Shown piece by piece: positions 25,526-36,600 of a stretch of DNA of 52,666 nt. Origin of the DNA: a virus (lineage: Duplodnaviria; Caudoviricetes). A model generated the notes under the pieces. The model was not told where the DNA came from. It worked only from the letters and a program-made list of their open reading frames with translations, and ran no database searches. The position numbers and the translations under genes are program-made. Location of the stretch: IMG/VR virus record IMGVR_UViG_3300007276_000066, positions 1 through 52,666 of that record; one strand, written 5' to 3'. Every line of letters starts with the position of its first letter. Position 1 is the stretch's first letter.

Positions 25526-26854
25526 TTATCCTGCTGATCTTTTCAGTGTTCCGTTGTCATCCCAAATAGCCCCTGCAACCACTGGGTCTGATGTTGGAAT
25601 GTCTATTATGTATAAATTACCGTTTGAGCCTGTACCTGTTCCAGTGCCAGCCTTAATGGTAAGGTCGCCACCGTCATAATTGCTCGTGAGCGATGTACCG
25701 CCATCAACGGTTAGCCCAGCCTGTGTGAAGTGTTGGTTGTGGTCATAACCGCCGATGTAACTCGCCGCCATGCCACCAGCACTAGGCGATATGAGTAAGC
25801 CGTTGCCGCCGTTTGTGAACGCCCAACTCTTGCCACTATTACCTATGTTGACTTGACCATAAGCGCCATTTAAAAGGCTAGCGCCGAATATCCCGCCGCT
25901 TGCATCAACACTGAATTTCTCAGTGCTGTTATTGCTGATAGATAGCAATTTTCCAAGACTAAAGGTGTTGGTCGTGTTTAACTCAAAAGCTGAGTTGCTC
26001 GCGCCGTCAGCCTTGCTTGAGTCTTGCGTTGTAGTCCAATCAACCCCGCCACCACCGCCAAATTCAGAGAAAGCAACGTACTTAAGATTGTCGCCATCTG
26101 AGGTGTCTTGAACCAATACCTTATCGTCACTTGCCGGTGTCCCTGCGTCCGATAATGTTGCACCGTCTAAGCCGCTAGTTACATCACCCTCTGTAACCGT
26201 GTAGCCTGTGATGAATCCAGAGTCATTTGTTAGGTCGCTAATGTTGTCTGATGGTTGTAGCGCCGAATATGCAAGCGTTCCTTGTGCGCTAGTAGCCTTA
26301 CCATCAATTAAACTCTTTAACGCAACACCTTGAGCCGCAGACAAGACTTCATCTGACTCATTGGTTGTTAGGTTGTCTGCAATGGTTACACCGCCGCCGT
26401 CCGCAACAGCTTCATTGATCAAACTGTTTAGTAATGCGGTGTCGCCCTCAGTTAGACTGCTTATATCGGTAGATAAGGCAACATCAGGCAAGGCAGTCGA
26501 GCCTATACTTATGCCGCCGTGAGCAACAATGAAACGCTCCCCAGTATCGTCATCAATAAACTGGAATGTTATGGCAGCGTTAGATAATTTGTGTGCCGCA
26601 AGCGTATCTTCTTGAGTGGCGCTAAAATAGAACGTGAAATTTCCTGCTTCCACATCCTCCTCATGAGTGAAAGACAAGTCAAAAAGCCTACTATTTGAGC
26701 GTTCGCTTATCCTGACGTATGCCTCGGGGGTTAACCCTTCAAGACTATCCATCTCAACAGTTACCGTTCCCCTCCATGCAGCGCAAGGATAGATTGGTTT
26801 AGGATCCCATCTTTGGGCCTCGTAACCAGACCTCATATTATCAATGTAACTCAA
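25526..26854 (-). CDS. tail-fibre-like protein
   Basis: Fibre repeat motifs DNLTT...LSAAQGVALK, ATSAQG...ALQP and ISDLTNDSGFIT; C-terminal PTSDP-x2-AG-x-IW-x2-NGTLK. Confidence 0.65.
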   Translation of the reverse strand: MSYIDNMRSGYEAQRWDPKPIYPCAAWRGTVTVEMDSLEGLTPEAYVRISERSNSRLFDLSFTHEEDVEAGNFTFYFSATQEDTLAAHKLSNAAITFQFIDDDTGERFIVAHGGISIGSTALPDVALSTDISSLTEGDTALLNSLINEAVADGGGVTIADNLTTNESDEVLSAAQGVALKSLIDGKATSAQGTLAYSALQPSDNISDLTNDSGFITGYTVTEGDVTSGLDGATLSDAGTPASDDKVLVQDTSDGDNLKYVAFSEFGGGGGVDWTTTQDSSKADGASNSAFELNTTNTFSLGKLLSISNNSTEKFSVDASGGIFGASLLNGAYGQVNIGNSGKSWAFTNGGNGLLISPSAGGMAASYIGGYDHNQHFTQAGLTVDGGTSLTSNYDGGDLTIKAGTGTGTGSNGNLYIIDIPTSDPVVAGAIWDDNGTLKRSAG

Positions 26855-26865
26855 TTTTCACCCGT

Positions 26866-26904
26866 GCATCCCTGCCATTAAATTTTTCATTCTAAATCAG
26901 CTTA
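26866..26904. repeat. 39-bp imperfect direct repeat, copy 2 (truncated endolysin start)
   Basis: Minus strand encodes MKNLMAGMHG* versus endolysin MKDLMARM. Confidence 0.85.
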
Positions 26905-26919
26905 ATTCCGAAGGCTCAA

Positions 26920-27237
26920 CTACCCGCTTCGTCTCTCGTCATTCAAATCTTTTAGGAATTCTCTTTGATCCCTTCTATCTTCCCTCGCTGATGCTTGCAA
27001 GGAATCCCTTTCTTGGCGACTCTCAGCGTGTATGTTCTTGACCGTCTCAGAAAACTCTTTGGCAACCTGCTTGTTTGTCTCTATGAGGGCTATACTTACT
27101 TTTGTATTGCTTTTAACTAGCCACCAAACCAGCACCCCTGCGGCAACCAGTATCACCGCAGCAAACAAGCTGCCCACGCCGAACTGCGAAAAAACGCCTA
27201 AAACCTCTGCTGTTCCACTTGCATCCAAATTATCCAT
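26920..27237 (-). CDS. holin/antiholin-like membrane protein
   Basis: One transmembrane helix and a charged C-terminus, in the lysis region. Confidence 0.55.
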   Translation of the reverse strand: MDNLDASGTAEVLGVFSQFGVGSLFAAVILVAAGVLVWWLVKSNTKVSIALIETNKQVAKEFSETVKNIHAESRQERDSLQASAREDRRDQREFLKDLNDERRSG

Positions 27238-27251
27238 ACCCGAACACCTTC

Positions 27252-27653
27252 TTAATTAATAGCCAAAACTTCAAATATGCCTAGGCTTAAAACTAAAGCA
27301 CTCCTGATGTAGTATTTAGTCATACATTCCCCACGCTGTAGGGTCACCGAGCGTAAGTGCAGGAAAGCCACTAAAATTGGCAGAATGTGCCGAAACGGTA
27401 TGTTGGCAACAATTCCATACTTGAACAAAAATTCTTCAGCCCAGTGTTGATGGTACTGGGCTGACCAAGCTCCCTGCCAATATGTTCCATCAACAACCCC
27501 CGCAATAAAATGACCAAATATGGCCAAGGTTAGAGCAGCAGCGGGATCAGACCAAGCAAAGCGGAATCTCCTTACCGAGTACGAGAACTCCAAGGCCACC
27601 TCAATAAAAAGATATAAAGCCCACCACTGAAGAACAATACCTATCGCCGTCAT
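27252..27653 (-). CDS. multi-pass membrane protein (holin candidate)
   Basis: Three to four hydrophobic segments. Confidence 0.55.
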   Translation of the reverse strand: MTAIGIVLQWWALYLFIEVALEFSYSVRRFRFAWSDPAAALTLAIFGHFIAGVVDGTYWQGAWSAQYHQHWAEEFLFKYGIVANIPFRHILPILVAFLHLRSVTLQRGECMTKYYIRSALVLSLGIFEVLAIN

Positions 27654-27982
27654 TTAGCTTCCTTGTTTTTCGCTGTTTCCAATAAAACCTGAGTAATAAG
27701 ATCCTTCATGCCATCCATTTTCCCGTCCACCACATCATTGCGTCTATCAGATTTGTCTGAGTCGAGCCTTCGTATATCTTCCATTCTTAGCCAGTCAGCC
27801 TGACGATTTTCAGCAATTATTCGAAGTGCGGCAGATATGTCTGAATCCATCTTCAAAACCTTTTGATCAATGGATTGAATGTCTTTCTTTGTCTCAATAC
27901 GAAAAACAAGCATGCTTGCAGAGATAGCGACCAAAAAAGCTATTATCGGCCAGTAATCGGAAAGCAATTCACTAAGGCTCAT
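27650..27982 (-). CDS. single-pass membrane protein with coiled coil
   Basis: Start refined to ATG 27982 (MSLSELLSDYWPIIAFL). Confidence 0.6.
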   Translation of the reverse strand: MSLSELLSDYWPIIAFLVAISASMLVFRIETKKDIQSIDQKVLKMDSDISAALRIIAENRQADWLRMEDIRRLDSDKSDRRNDVVDGKMDGMKDLITQVLLETAKNKEAK

Positions 27983-27987
27983 AACGA

Positions 27988-28881
27988 CTAGCCGACTCTC
28001 GTGATTCTGATCCAAGTTAAATACTCAGCTCCATGAATATCTGCGGCGGTATCGTTGTCCTTAGTCTGCACAAATACTTCATCCCCTGCGGTCTGATTGT
28101 ATAGAAACCAGTTAATCGGAATCGTGTTGTACGAGTTGTTGCGCCCCACTGTAATGTTGGTTTGACGCACCACAACCCCTTCAACATCGACGTTCGCAAC
28201 AAGCCTGTCTTCATCGCCTGTCCCCTTGTATGTAATAGCTCCTTGTATGTGATAGTCACCATCTGCGGGTATCGTGAAGATGCCCGTTGTGTGATTAAAA
28301 TCTCCCCCTACATCCACTACTTCTGTTAGCCCATCAAGTGTTTCTTCAGTGTTTGCCACGACAGTGATATCTGAGCCCAAGTAAGCATAAACATGCACAG
28401 CTTGAAGAGCTTCCAGTAGCGCGACCTTGCCATCTGTGTAAGCCTTTGCCGCTTGCTGGCTTGAAGGCTTTTCTGCTGAATCAGACCCCATATCGTCTTC
28501 GTCCAGCAGGAAAGAAGTTGATAGTCGCTCTATTAAAGACTCATCAGACTGGACTCCATAAATAACTAAATCCTTAGTGCCATCAAAATCAAAATCAGTT
28601 GTCCCCGCCGCAGCGGTTCCGACTCTGGATCGCTCAATCTCATCCTCTATTAGAGTGGTTCCGGACAGCCTGCCCTTAATTCTCTTCCAGCTTGGATTAA
28701 AGCTCTGAGTGTTGTACTGAACCATAAATACTCCAGTAAGACCTTCAGCTAACGCCTTGGACGAATCAGCCAGCCCCTCGCTTATAGTTTGAGCGGGAGG
28801 GAGTGGAGCCCCAAGCGTGTACACACCTGAACTTGTTTGTGTCGCCAACTGACGACAATTGCTAAAATATGCTACTGACAT
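27988..28881 (-). CDS. tail fibre/receptor-binding protein with C1q-like C-terminal domain
   Basis: GGDFNHTTGIFTIPADGDYHI signature; located at the end of the tail module. Confidence 0.7.
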   Translation of the reverse strand: MSVAYFSNCRQLATQTSSGVYTLGAPLPPAQTISEGLADSSKALAEGLTGVFMVQYNTQSFNPSWKRIKGRLSGTTLIEDEIERSRVGTAAAGTTDFDFDGTKDLVIYGVQSDESLIERLSTSFLLDEDDMGSDSAEKPSSQQAAKAYTDGKVALLEALQAVHVYAYLGSDITVVANTEETLDGLTEVVDVGGDFNHTTGIFTIPADGDYHIQGAITYKGTGDEDRLVANVDVEGVVVRQTNITVGRNNSYNTIPINWFLYNQTAGDEVFVQTKDNDTAADIHGAEYLTWIRITRVG

Positions 28882-29684
28882 TCGTTAACCGCCGTTACCT
28901 TCATTTGTGCTGTGTATCTATTAAATTTGACATGGGTGTACGATGGGGCGTTGGCCACGCAAAGAAACCACTCACTGTCCGTTGTTTGGTCTTGCTCAAA
29001 TAGGCAATACCCTTCGACTATGCGCCTCGAACAAAACAAGGTTAAAGCCTCCGCCTTCTCAAAACTCTGATTTGCAAATGTAAGGGTCAGGCTTCTAACC
29101 CTTGATCTAGCAATACCTACTGCACCACCATCCGTCTCTACAACATCAAGGCGTAGGCCTTTGTTCTGGCTATCCCCGTAACTAAAGTTGTAGTCCGGCG
29201 TCCAATAGTTCTTGCCTACCATCAACCCAGCAAGAACGAGAGCGCCTGACAGCCCTGAAAATGTAATATCCACAACAGTGGCAGTCACCGGATCATCCCG
29301 AAACAAGAAGCTTTGAGTCTCGTAAAGATCATCTTCTGTCGGCGTTATGCTTGAAGAGAAGGCTGTCATGGTTGTACCGTCACCGGTGAGCACCGACACA
29401 CCCATCCCGTCAGTGACATTCAGCCCCTCAATTGCCACCCGATCAATAGACTTGCCCTCTGGGAAGGTTGTCCTCAGCGTTATTTCAATGTCCCCGTTTC
29501 CCGCATAATCTAATGTGGCGTCCTGAGGAAAGCTTTTACTTTTATCGTATGAGGCAAGAGCCCTGTATAGAGCCCCTTCGTCCACCACCGTAGAACCATC
29601 ATCGACAAGAACTGTTACCGCCCCGTCCAAATAAGGTAGGCTAAGTGAGCCTGAATTAATCATCCTATCCCCTGTCGTAGACAA
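28872..29684 (-). CDS. minor tail protein
   Basis: Position in tail module; W-x-P-x-YNFSYG segment. Confidence 0.6.
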   Translation of the reverse strand: MSTTGDRMINSGSLSLPYLDGAVTVLVDDGSTVVDEGALYRALASYDKSKSFPQDATLDYAGNGDIEITLRTTFPEGKSIDRVAIEGLNVTDGMGVSVLTGDGTTMTAFSSSITPTEDDLYETQSFLFRDDPVTATVVDITFSGLSGALVLAGLMVGKNYWTPDYNFSYGDSQNKGLRLDVVETDGGAVGIARSRVRSLTLTFANQSFEKAEALTLFCSRRIVEGYCLFEQDQTTDSEWFLCVANAPSYTHVKFNRYTAQMKVTAVNECQ

Positions 29685-32600
29685 TAACCGTAAGGTCTGT
29701 CTCTTTAGTGTTCAACTTCCTTGTGCAACGCTTTATTTCAACGTCGAACCCAGACGGGATATCCTCGTGATCTACCCTGCCAACCATACCTCTTCGCAGG
29801 TTGTATCCGACCCCAACAAGGACCAACGTGTAAAGTGACGCCCCCTTTGAGTCTCTAGCAAAAGTCCCAACAAGATAGTCCGCATCGGCCTTCTCAGTTA
29901 CTGGGGAAGGTATTATTCTCGCGGATTTTGGGTTCTGTTCATTTTCAGGACTGGAGACCCTGTTAGGCTCAGTCTCACCCCTCGAAATAGAATCCCAGTA
30001 ATCGAATGAATATGAACTCTGGCGACCAACCGACCCGACCCATTTGACCGAGCCCTTCTTTATGTTTTCAGTTATTGAAAACTCTTCTGGATTCCTAACT
30101 CCGTCATAGCGTTGACGTAGCGTTATCTTGTTATCTTCGCCTACCGTATAAAAGGTGTCTGTGTAAGAAGTAAGCTCACGAATCCGGTCTATTACTGGCT
30201 TTTGATTACTGTAACCTCTTTGTATAATAGGGCCATCAATGCTGTCTGTATGCACTGTTTCAGGAGCCCCAGCAAGCGAAGCCATGTGGTCACAAACCTT
30301 CCTTAAAGTCAGGTCAGTCTTATTCACTAGATCGTCACCCAGTAAAGCTAAATTACTATAACCAAGGTTGCCAATTCCTGTGAACAGGCCACCAACCATA
30401 AAGGTTCCGTCAGCTAACTCCAGAATAGAATTAACCCACCCTGAATACTCCTGCGCTGTATCTCTTTCATCGATAGAATCAAGATCTTCTGCGCTTCGTC
30501 TGGATACACTAGGATGAAACCGTTCGCTCGAGCATGACTTGAAATGACCCGCGATAACTAGGTCCGCACCAACGATCAAGGAATCCTTTATTGTCCCGTC
30601 AGCAGCGATACTGGACTCCCCAAGGCTGGCGTACCCTGCGTAATTGGATGAGGCCGTCTCACCAACGTATTCCGAGACAGATGATCGGCCCGTATCCAAA
30701 TCAAGCTTCTTAATATTGCCGCCGTCCTGATACTCGCCAAATGGATCATCCTCGCCTAAGCCAGAACTCCCTAGCGCCACCAACTCCCCATCGATTATGG
30801 ACAGGTTGAAATACCAATCGTAAAAGATTGAATCGAACTGCGGGGCATGGAAGGCCGTATCGACAACACCCGTACTAGACACCTTCACTACTGATGAGGT
30901 TTCATGTCCGCCTACAGTCTTAAATACGCCCGACATATAAATGTCCGAGCCGTTAATGAGAACGTCAAAGTATTGCTTGTATACGCCAGTAGTCGCCAAG
31001 GCTGGAGGCGAGAAAGTGGCATCTACCGTGCCGTCAGAATTCAATCTAACTGCATCATTTACGGAAGATCCGTTAGCGGAACTTATAGACCCGACAACGA
31101 TTATCTTAGCGTCAGCCTGCTCAATAATAGAATGAACTGATCCAACAATCGTATCTGCGTCAAAACTTGAATCGATTGTCCCATCAACATTAAGTCGAGC
31201 AATTTTGCTTGAGGCTGTCTCGGCCACATTGTCAAAATCACCCGCAATATATATCTTCCCTGCCGCCGAAATTATGGAGCACCTGATAGGGCCGTCGGAG
31301 CCCTTACTTCCTCCAAAATCTGTAGATAGATCAAGGACCCCATCATCACCAATGAAGGCCAAGTTATTGCACTCAACGCCATCCACTTCAGAAAAATCAC
31401 CAACAGAGATAATGACTGAAGATCCGACCTGCTTTAAGTCGTACACCGCCCCATTAAAATAAGCAGGCTTATCGATAGCGTTAATGCCATGAAACTTTCC
31501 AGTCACAGACCGGAATGACTCGTTATGCTTTATCCATCCGTTCGGGTCATAGAGCGTGAAGTCGCTCGGGACTTTACCAAAATCACTTACGTCCGAAACC
31601 TTAAAGCTGTTTCGATAAACGATTTCACTTTCAGAAGAATTGATAGTTTTAACTGAATTAGCCCTAAGGTGATCATTCTCCTCGACTTGGGCTAAGTAGT
31701 CTGCGTAGTGACTTATCTGGACCGTGTAATCAGAACCGGCATCGCCCACCCTATCAGCCTTGAGGTACAAACCATCGACCGCATCAGAACCGCCCAACTC
31801 ACCCGTTCTTTTCTTTCTTCCTGCGTCATACTTGTATTCTTGCCAGCTAGCGTTCACCTTGATCGGTAACTCATCAACGCCGTCATTGGCCACATAGCCC
31901 CAGTTCAGCTCAACATCGTCTCGACCCACAACCCTCGCTCTAAACGTCAGTCTTCGCAGATGCTCAACGTCCGAATCATTCCCCGCAACATCCCTGTCAA
32001 TAATTCTCCCGATCACTGCGGCGGAGCTCTCGTCTTCAGGCTTTAACTCAATAATTTCATCGGATATAAAAGCTCCGTAAGCTCCCGCACTAACTATCGC
32101 GCTAACGACAGAGAGTGATGCTTGGCCTGTGGCTGGAACCCAATCGATTTCAATCTGATCCTTATTTAGATCAACCCATGTAAGCTCTGTTATTCCCGTA
32201 CCAATAGGATCGAAGGTTACTGCAGGCTCGTCTGAATAATGCGAGACCTTTTCACCGTTACCCGCGAAGAAAGATAAGGTGAGATAATTAAGAGGTACAT
32301 TGGATTTGATTGTTAAACGACAAGGCTTTTCCTCATACAGAGTTAGCTCGTCTATCCACATAGCTACTAAATTCCCAGTCGGGAAAACTCCATTGCCCGT
32401 GAAATCGAAAGATATCTCATTTGTCTGAACTCCAGCGAATGTCACAACGCTACTAACATCTTCCCCGTATTCGGGAGACACTGAGATAGGATCAATAGAC
32501 CAATTACCTATAGATATTTCCGGTGATTGATTTATGTTTTGCAGTCTGAGTTTTGCTGCGCTTATTGCCCGATCAAACTTGAACGTAACTCTGCCAGTCT

Positions 32601-33660
32601 TCCCTGATGGTCCGGTTATCTTAAACCAGCGCCCCTTAGTTTCCGTGATCGTTATTGGCTTATCAACAGTGACCGTAACAGGCGTCTTGCCTTTGGATGA
32701 GACAGTCTGCTTATCGATAACCCAAGAGAAATCATCAGCATAAGATGTTACTGCCGATGATGATTGATCCATTCTTATCGACTGACCTTTATTTTGAGGA
32801 GTAAAGACTACCGAGTTGTTTGAGGCTGTTATGCTTATATCAAACGGGGCCGCCGACTGAACTTCCTGAGCATTCACTGATGTGAAAAAGAAGTCAGAGG
32901 CTAAATACGGAGAGCTTACGCCTGACGGTTCAGACATATCTAAGCGGCCATAGGAAATTCCATCTTGGAACCCAGCGTAGGGATAGAAGTTTATGGTCTT
33001 GTCGGGATTATCGGATATAACGCCATCATGGAACTGGCTCAACCCTAACTCTACCGGCTTGGCTGTGCGGTTATTGAAGTTCCCGTAAAGGAAGTCTTTT
33101 GCCTTGCCTGTGGACAGCCCGTAACCGTACTTGTTTAGTGGCCACTGGCTTAGCAGCTCTCGCTGAAACCGCTTCGCTGTTAAGACTAAATCATCGTTTG
33201 CTGTACCGAACTCAAAATAACCCTTAGCGAAAACTGGATACTCGTCTGTGGGTATACGCTCTTCGTCGGCCTGACTTGGGTGTATCGTGCCACCAATTTT
33301 AAAAGTGTAGTTAGTGTTCTCGAAGTTCTTACCAAGCAGGCTTTCGGTCGATCCAGCCTTGTGTATAACAAAGCTAGATATGTCTTCCTTGCCACTACTT
33401 CCAGAATAAGGATCTGATAACTCAGACTTATCCGTAACCTCGCTAGATAAGAGCCTAGTAACATCAAGCAGGCCGGCAGAGCGATTGCTGTAAACAACGT
33501 CAGCGTTAGACGTAAACTCAACAGACGAATCCATGTAACCGAACGCTGAGCCGAAAGCATCGAAGTAATCCCAATCCAATTGTCGGGTATTATTCGAGCT
33601 TGTCTCTAACAGCATTGTCAGATCAGGTACACTCGAGAGTACATCGTTAATATCGTGCAT
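29665..33660 (-). CDS. tail tip/hub protein with delta-60-like beta-propeller repeats
   Basis: Follows the tape measure; repeats GKIYIAGDF...ARLNVDGTIDSSF and KIIVVG...VRLNSDGTVDATF. Confidence 0.75.
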   Translation of the reverse strand: MHDINDVLSSVPDLTMLLETSSNNTRQLDWDYFDAFGSAFGYMDSSVEFTSNADVVYSNRSAGLLDVTRLLSSEVTDKSELSDPYSGSSGKEDISSFVIHKAGSTESLLGKNFENTNYTFKIGGTIHPSQADEERIPTDEYPVFAKGYFEFGTANDDLVLTAKRFQRELLSQWPLNKYGYGLSTGKAKDFLYGNFNNRTAKPVELGLSQFHDGVISDNPDKTINFYPYAGFQDGISYGRLDMSEPSGVSSPYLASDFFFTSVNAQEVQSAAPFDISITASNNSVVFTPQNKGQSIRMDQSSSAVTSYADDFSWVIDKQTVSSKGKTPVTVTVDKPITITETKGRWFKITGPSGKTGRVTFKFDRAISAAKLRLQNINQSPEISIGNWSIDPISVSPEYGEDVSSVVTFAGVQTNEISFDFTGNGVFPTGNLVAMWIDELTLYEEKPCRLTIKSNVPLNYLTLSFFAGNGEKVSHYSDEPAVTFDPIGTGITELTWVDLNKDQIEIDWVPATGQASLSVVSAIVSAGAYGAFISDEIIELKPEDESSAAVIGRIIDRDVAGNDSDVEHLRRLTFRARVVGRDDVELNWGYVANDGVDELPIKVNASWQEYKYDAGRKKRTGELGGSDAVDGLYLKADRVGDAGSDYTVQISHYADYLAQVEENDHLRANSVKTINSSESEIVYRNSFKVSDVSDFGKVPSDFTLYDPNGWIKHNESFRSVTGKFHGINAIDKPAYFNGAVYDLKQVGSSVIISVGDFSEVDGVECNNLAFIGDDGVLDLSTDFGGSKGSDGPIRCSIISAAGKIYIAGDFDNVAETASSKIARLNVDGTIDSSFDADTIVGSVHSIIEQADAKIIVVGSISSANGSSVNDAVRLNSDGTVDATFSPPALATTGVYKQYFDVLINGSDIYMSGVFKTVGGHETSSVVKVSSTGVVDTAFHAPQFDSIFYDWYFNLSIIDGELVALGSSGLGEDDPFGEYQDGGNIKKLDLDTGRSSVSEYVGETASSNYAGYASLGESSIAADGTIKDSLIVGADLVIAGHFKSCSSERFHPSVSRRSAEDLDSIDERDTAQEYSGWVNSILELADGTFMVGGLFTGIGNLGYSNLALLGDDLVNKTDLTLRKVCDHMASLAGAPETVHTDSIDGPIIQRGYSNQKPVIDRIRELTSYTDTFYTVGEDNKITLRQRYDGVRNPEEFSITENIKKGSVKWVGSVGRQSSYSFDYWDSISRGETEPNRVSSPENEQNPKSARIIPSPVTEKADADYLVGTFARDSKGASLYTLVLVGVGYNLRRGMVGRVDHEDIPSGFDVEIKRCTRKLNTKETDLTVIVYDRG

Positions 33661-36600
33661 CGTTTTTCAACTCAGATAAATGTTGATTGGTTTCTTTCTG
33701 GACGGCAATCAACTCAGAGACGGCACTCAACAAGTGAGAGGTATCATTGCTTGAGACGCCACCACTCTGAACGGCCGCATAAATCTTATCGATTGTTCCA
33801 GTCTGGCTTACACTGATCTCTTCCCTGTCTGGAACTGCCCCGATAGTGAACAATTGATCGCCACCAGAAAGACTTGAGCCGCCGTGAGGAACAGTGAATG
33901 TTTTGCTGGAACTTAAGGCAGAAGAATACTCACCAAGGTGATACGCCGATGCACTATTTGAGACAGCCAAGGAGTAAGTCGTTTGACCGCTATAGGCTGC
34001 TGCCATTCTTCTAGCTTCAATTGACGCCCTATCCGTTAAACTTGCCATTCCAGTAGCAATTGAGTCAAAGTTTTCCTGAGCCGATATAGACATAGCATCA
34101 AAGCTAGACTCGAAGGCAGTAACCCCCTCTGCGTTGAAGTTTAGAATCTCCTCTAATGCCCCGCCGCTTGCGTCACGGAATTGCTGCTCCCACTGCTCAG
34201 CGGCCACTCCGGACTGCTCAACGAATAATTTAGCGTCCTCAACTGCAATTTGATAATGCTCACTTATCGAGTTAAATAAAGCGTCCTGACCTGACATGCC
34301 ATTTGCAACCATACTGTCAAAACTTTCATCAACAGCCAGCAAGCTATCTTTGGCCTCAAAAGCAGACTGACCGAAGCCAGTGGCGAAGTTCTCGAAGAAC
34401 AGATTCGATGGATCTATTAACCCGTTATGTATTGCCGTTTCAAAGACTTCGCCGTATGTAACAGCCTCATCCAATCCTGCCGCATACTCAGCCCAAACAG
34501 CCTTGATATCCTCGACATTCTTATCTTTATCCAGAACCCTTAGAGTGCCGAAATCGGAGTTAAGGCTATCGAATCCAGCAGCCCTTAATGCCTCTTCAAA
34601 ACCATCCAGAGTCCGTTGAGCACCGGTGAAGAAACCGCCATTACCCTGCGCCCCGCCATCACTTAATTGTTGGGCAGTTAGGCCTGATCCTTGGATGCCG
34701 TAATTGGCCCCAAAGACTGCAGTATTGCCACCATCAAACCCGACCTCGCCGTTTTCGCCTAGGGCATGCCCTGCTCCCTGCTGGCCGAGCAATTTTGGCA
34801 TGTAGTCTTCTTGAAGTATCTGATCGTAGTCTCTTGCTCCGCCCATTCCGGCAAGAGCCAATATAGCCATTGCCGCCCAGCCGTATGGACCCATTGCGCC
34901 TAAGACTGCCGTTGACCCGCCAGACAAGGCTGCAGCTCCAGCGTAAGTTCCCATTGCGCCAGCACCAAACGTAGCTGCTCCGCGAGCGCCGCCTTGCTGA
35001 ACCCCAGAATACATTCCGTACACACCGCCAGCCACTCCAGCCACCGCCCCAGCAGTCCCTAGCGCACTAAGTCCGTTGCCGGCCTGTGTCGTGCCAGTTG
35101 CGACCGTTGCCGATCCCACAGGAACCGTCTGAACACCCATGCCTGCAGTATTCAAACCCTGACTTGTGTAATTCATGAAGTTAGGATTTACCAGAGTATT
35201 AGCGTACCCAGAATTTGCAATGATTCCCGACACGTTTGCGCCCTGATAAGCCGCTGCCTGACCCCACAAGCCCATCCCTGCACCAGTACCATAAAGCTGA
35301 TAGGCGTTGAGAGCCGCAGAGCCGTAACCCATTGCGCCGCCTTGCTTGATCCCGTTATAGATACCAAAAGCGTTTCCGGCCATCCCCAGACCGTTAACCA
35401 TATTTCCAGTTGCAGCGGTTCCGCCCGTGTAAGCTTGGTAAGCGTTGTAAGCCTGAATGCCGCCATTCGCAACCTGCAAACCACCACCGACGCCACCCGC
35501 TTGTGCGCCGTTATAGATATTAAATACCGCTCCAGCACCCGCGAGAGCTGCAGTGGATTGAGTAGATGTAAGGCCAACCTTGCCCCCAAGACTGTTTACA
35601 AACTGAGTGCTTACTGAAGGCGTCCCGCTCGGGCTTCCACTGGGGGCTCCAGACGACCCGCCAAAACCAGCGCCTTGCTTAGAGGCGTTGAATACCGCGC
35701 CCCAGCTAAAATTCGTGCTGGCGTTACCGTCAAACAAATTGAATGTTTGGAGGATGGCCTCCCTCAATCCGGAAGCAACCAGATCGAATAGCAGTTGCTT
35801 CCAAAGGCTCTTTAAAGCATCACGCAAGCTGTCGCCATTGACGATAACTCCCGCTAAGGTTTGAGATATTCCGTCTAACCGCTCATTAAACTTTTCAGCC
35901 GCATCCTTAGCTTCAACCAAGGCGACAATGCTAGCCTTTTGGCTGGCAGTCATCTTAGCAATGGACGTCCCATTACTGTCGGCAGCGGCCTTCATTAGCC
36001 TATAAACTTCTGCAGCGTTCTCGCCCTCAGTAGCCGTAAGCCTGATTATGTGTAACTGTTCATCTAAAGCAGCCGTAACCTCGTCGGTAGCCCTTTGTGC
36101 CGCGATCTGCTCTAGGTTGCTGGACTTAACAACAGCGTTCGCGGCCACCCTGCTGCCCGTCAGATCTTCAATGGCCTTTTTAGTTTCCTTCAGGCTTACG
36201 GTTTCGGCCTTGTATTTGGCGATAACCTCCTTGATTAGATCAGCGGTTGTTTTGTTAGACTCGTTAAGCTTATCTAACTCAGCCTTAGTCCGCGCATACT
36301 CGCCCTGAAGATCCTTGAGTACCGTTCCCTCTCTGCCATAAGCGGCCTTGAGGTCTGCCATCTTCTTAACAAGATCGGCACGTTTCTTAATTACCTTATC
36401 AACCACTCCGAGTGACGTAGTAGCGGCATTAGAGTTTGAATCGACAGCCTTGGTAAGCTTATTTATTTTCTGTGTAACAACCTCTACAGACACAGCATTT
36501 AATCCATCTGACTGGATTAAGCTTTGTTTGATTTTTTGAAGCCGAGCAAGCTCAACAAGCTGCTCCTTGCGCTTAACTATCTCGGCCGTGATGGACTCAT

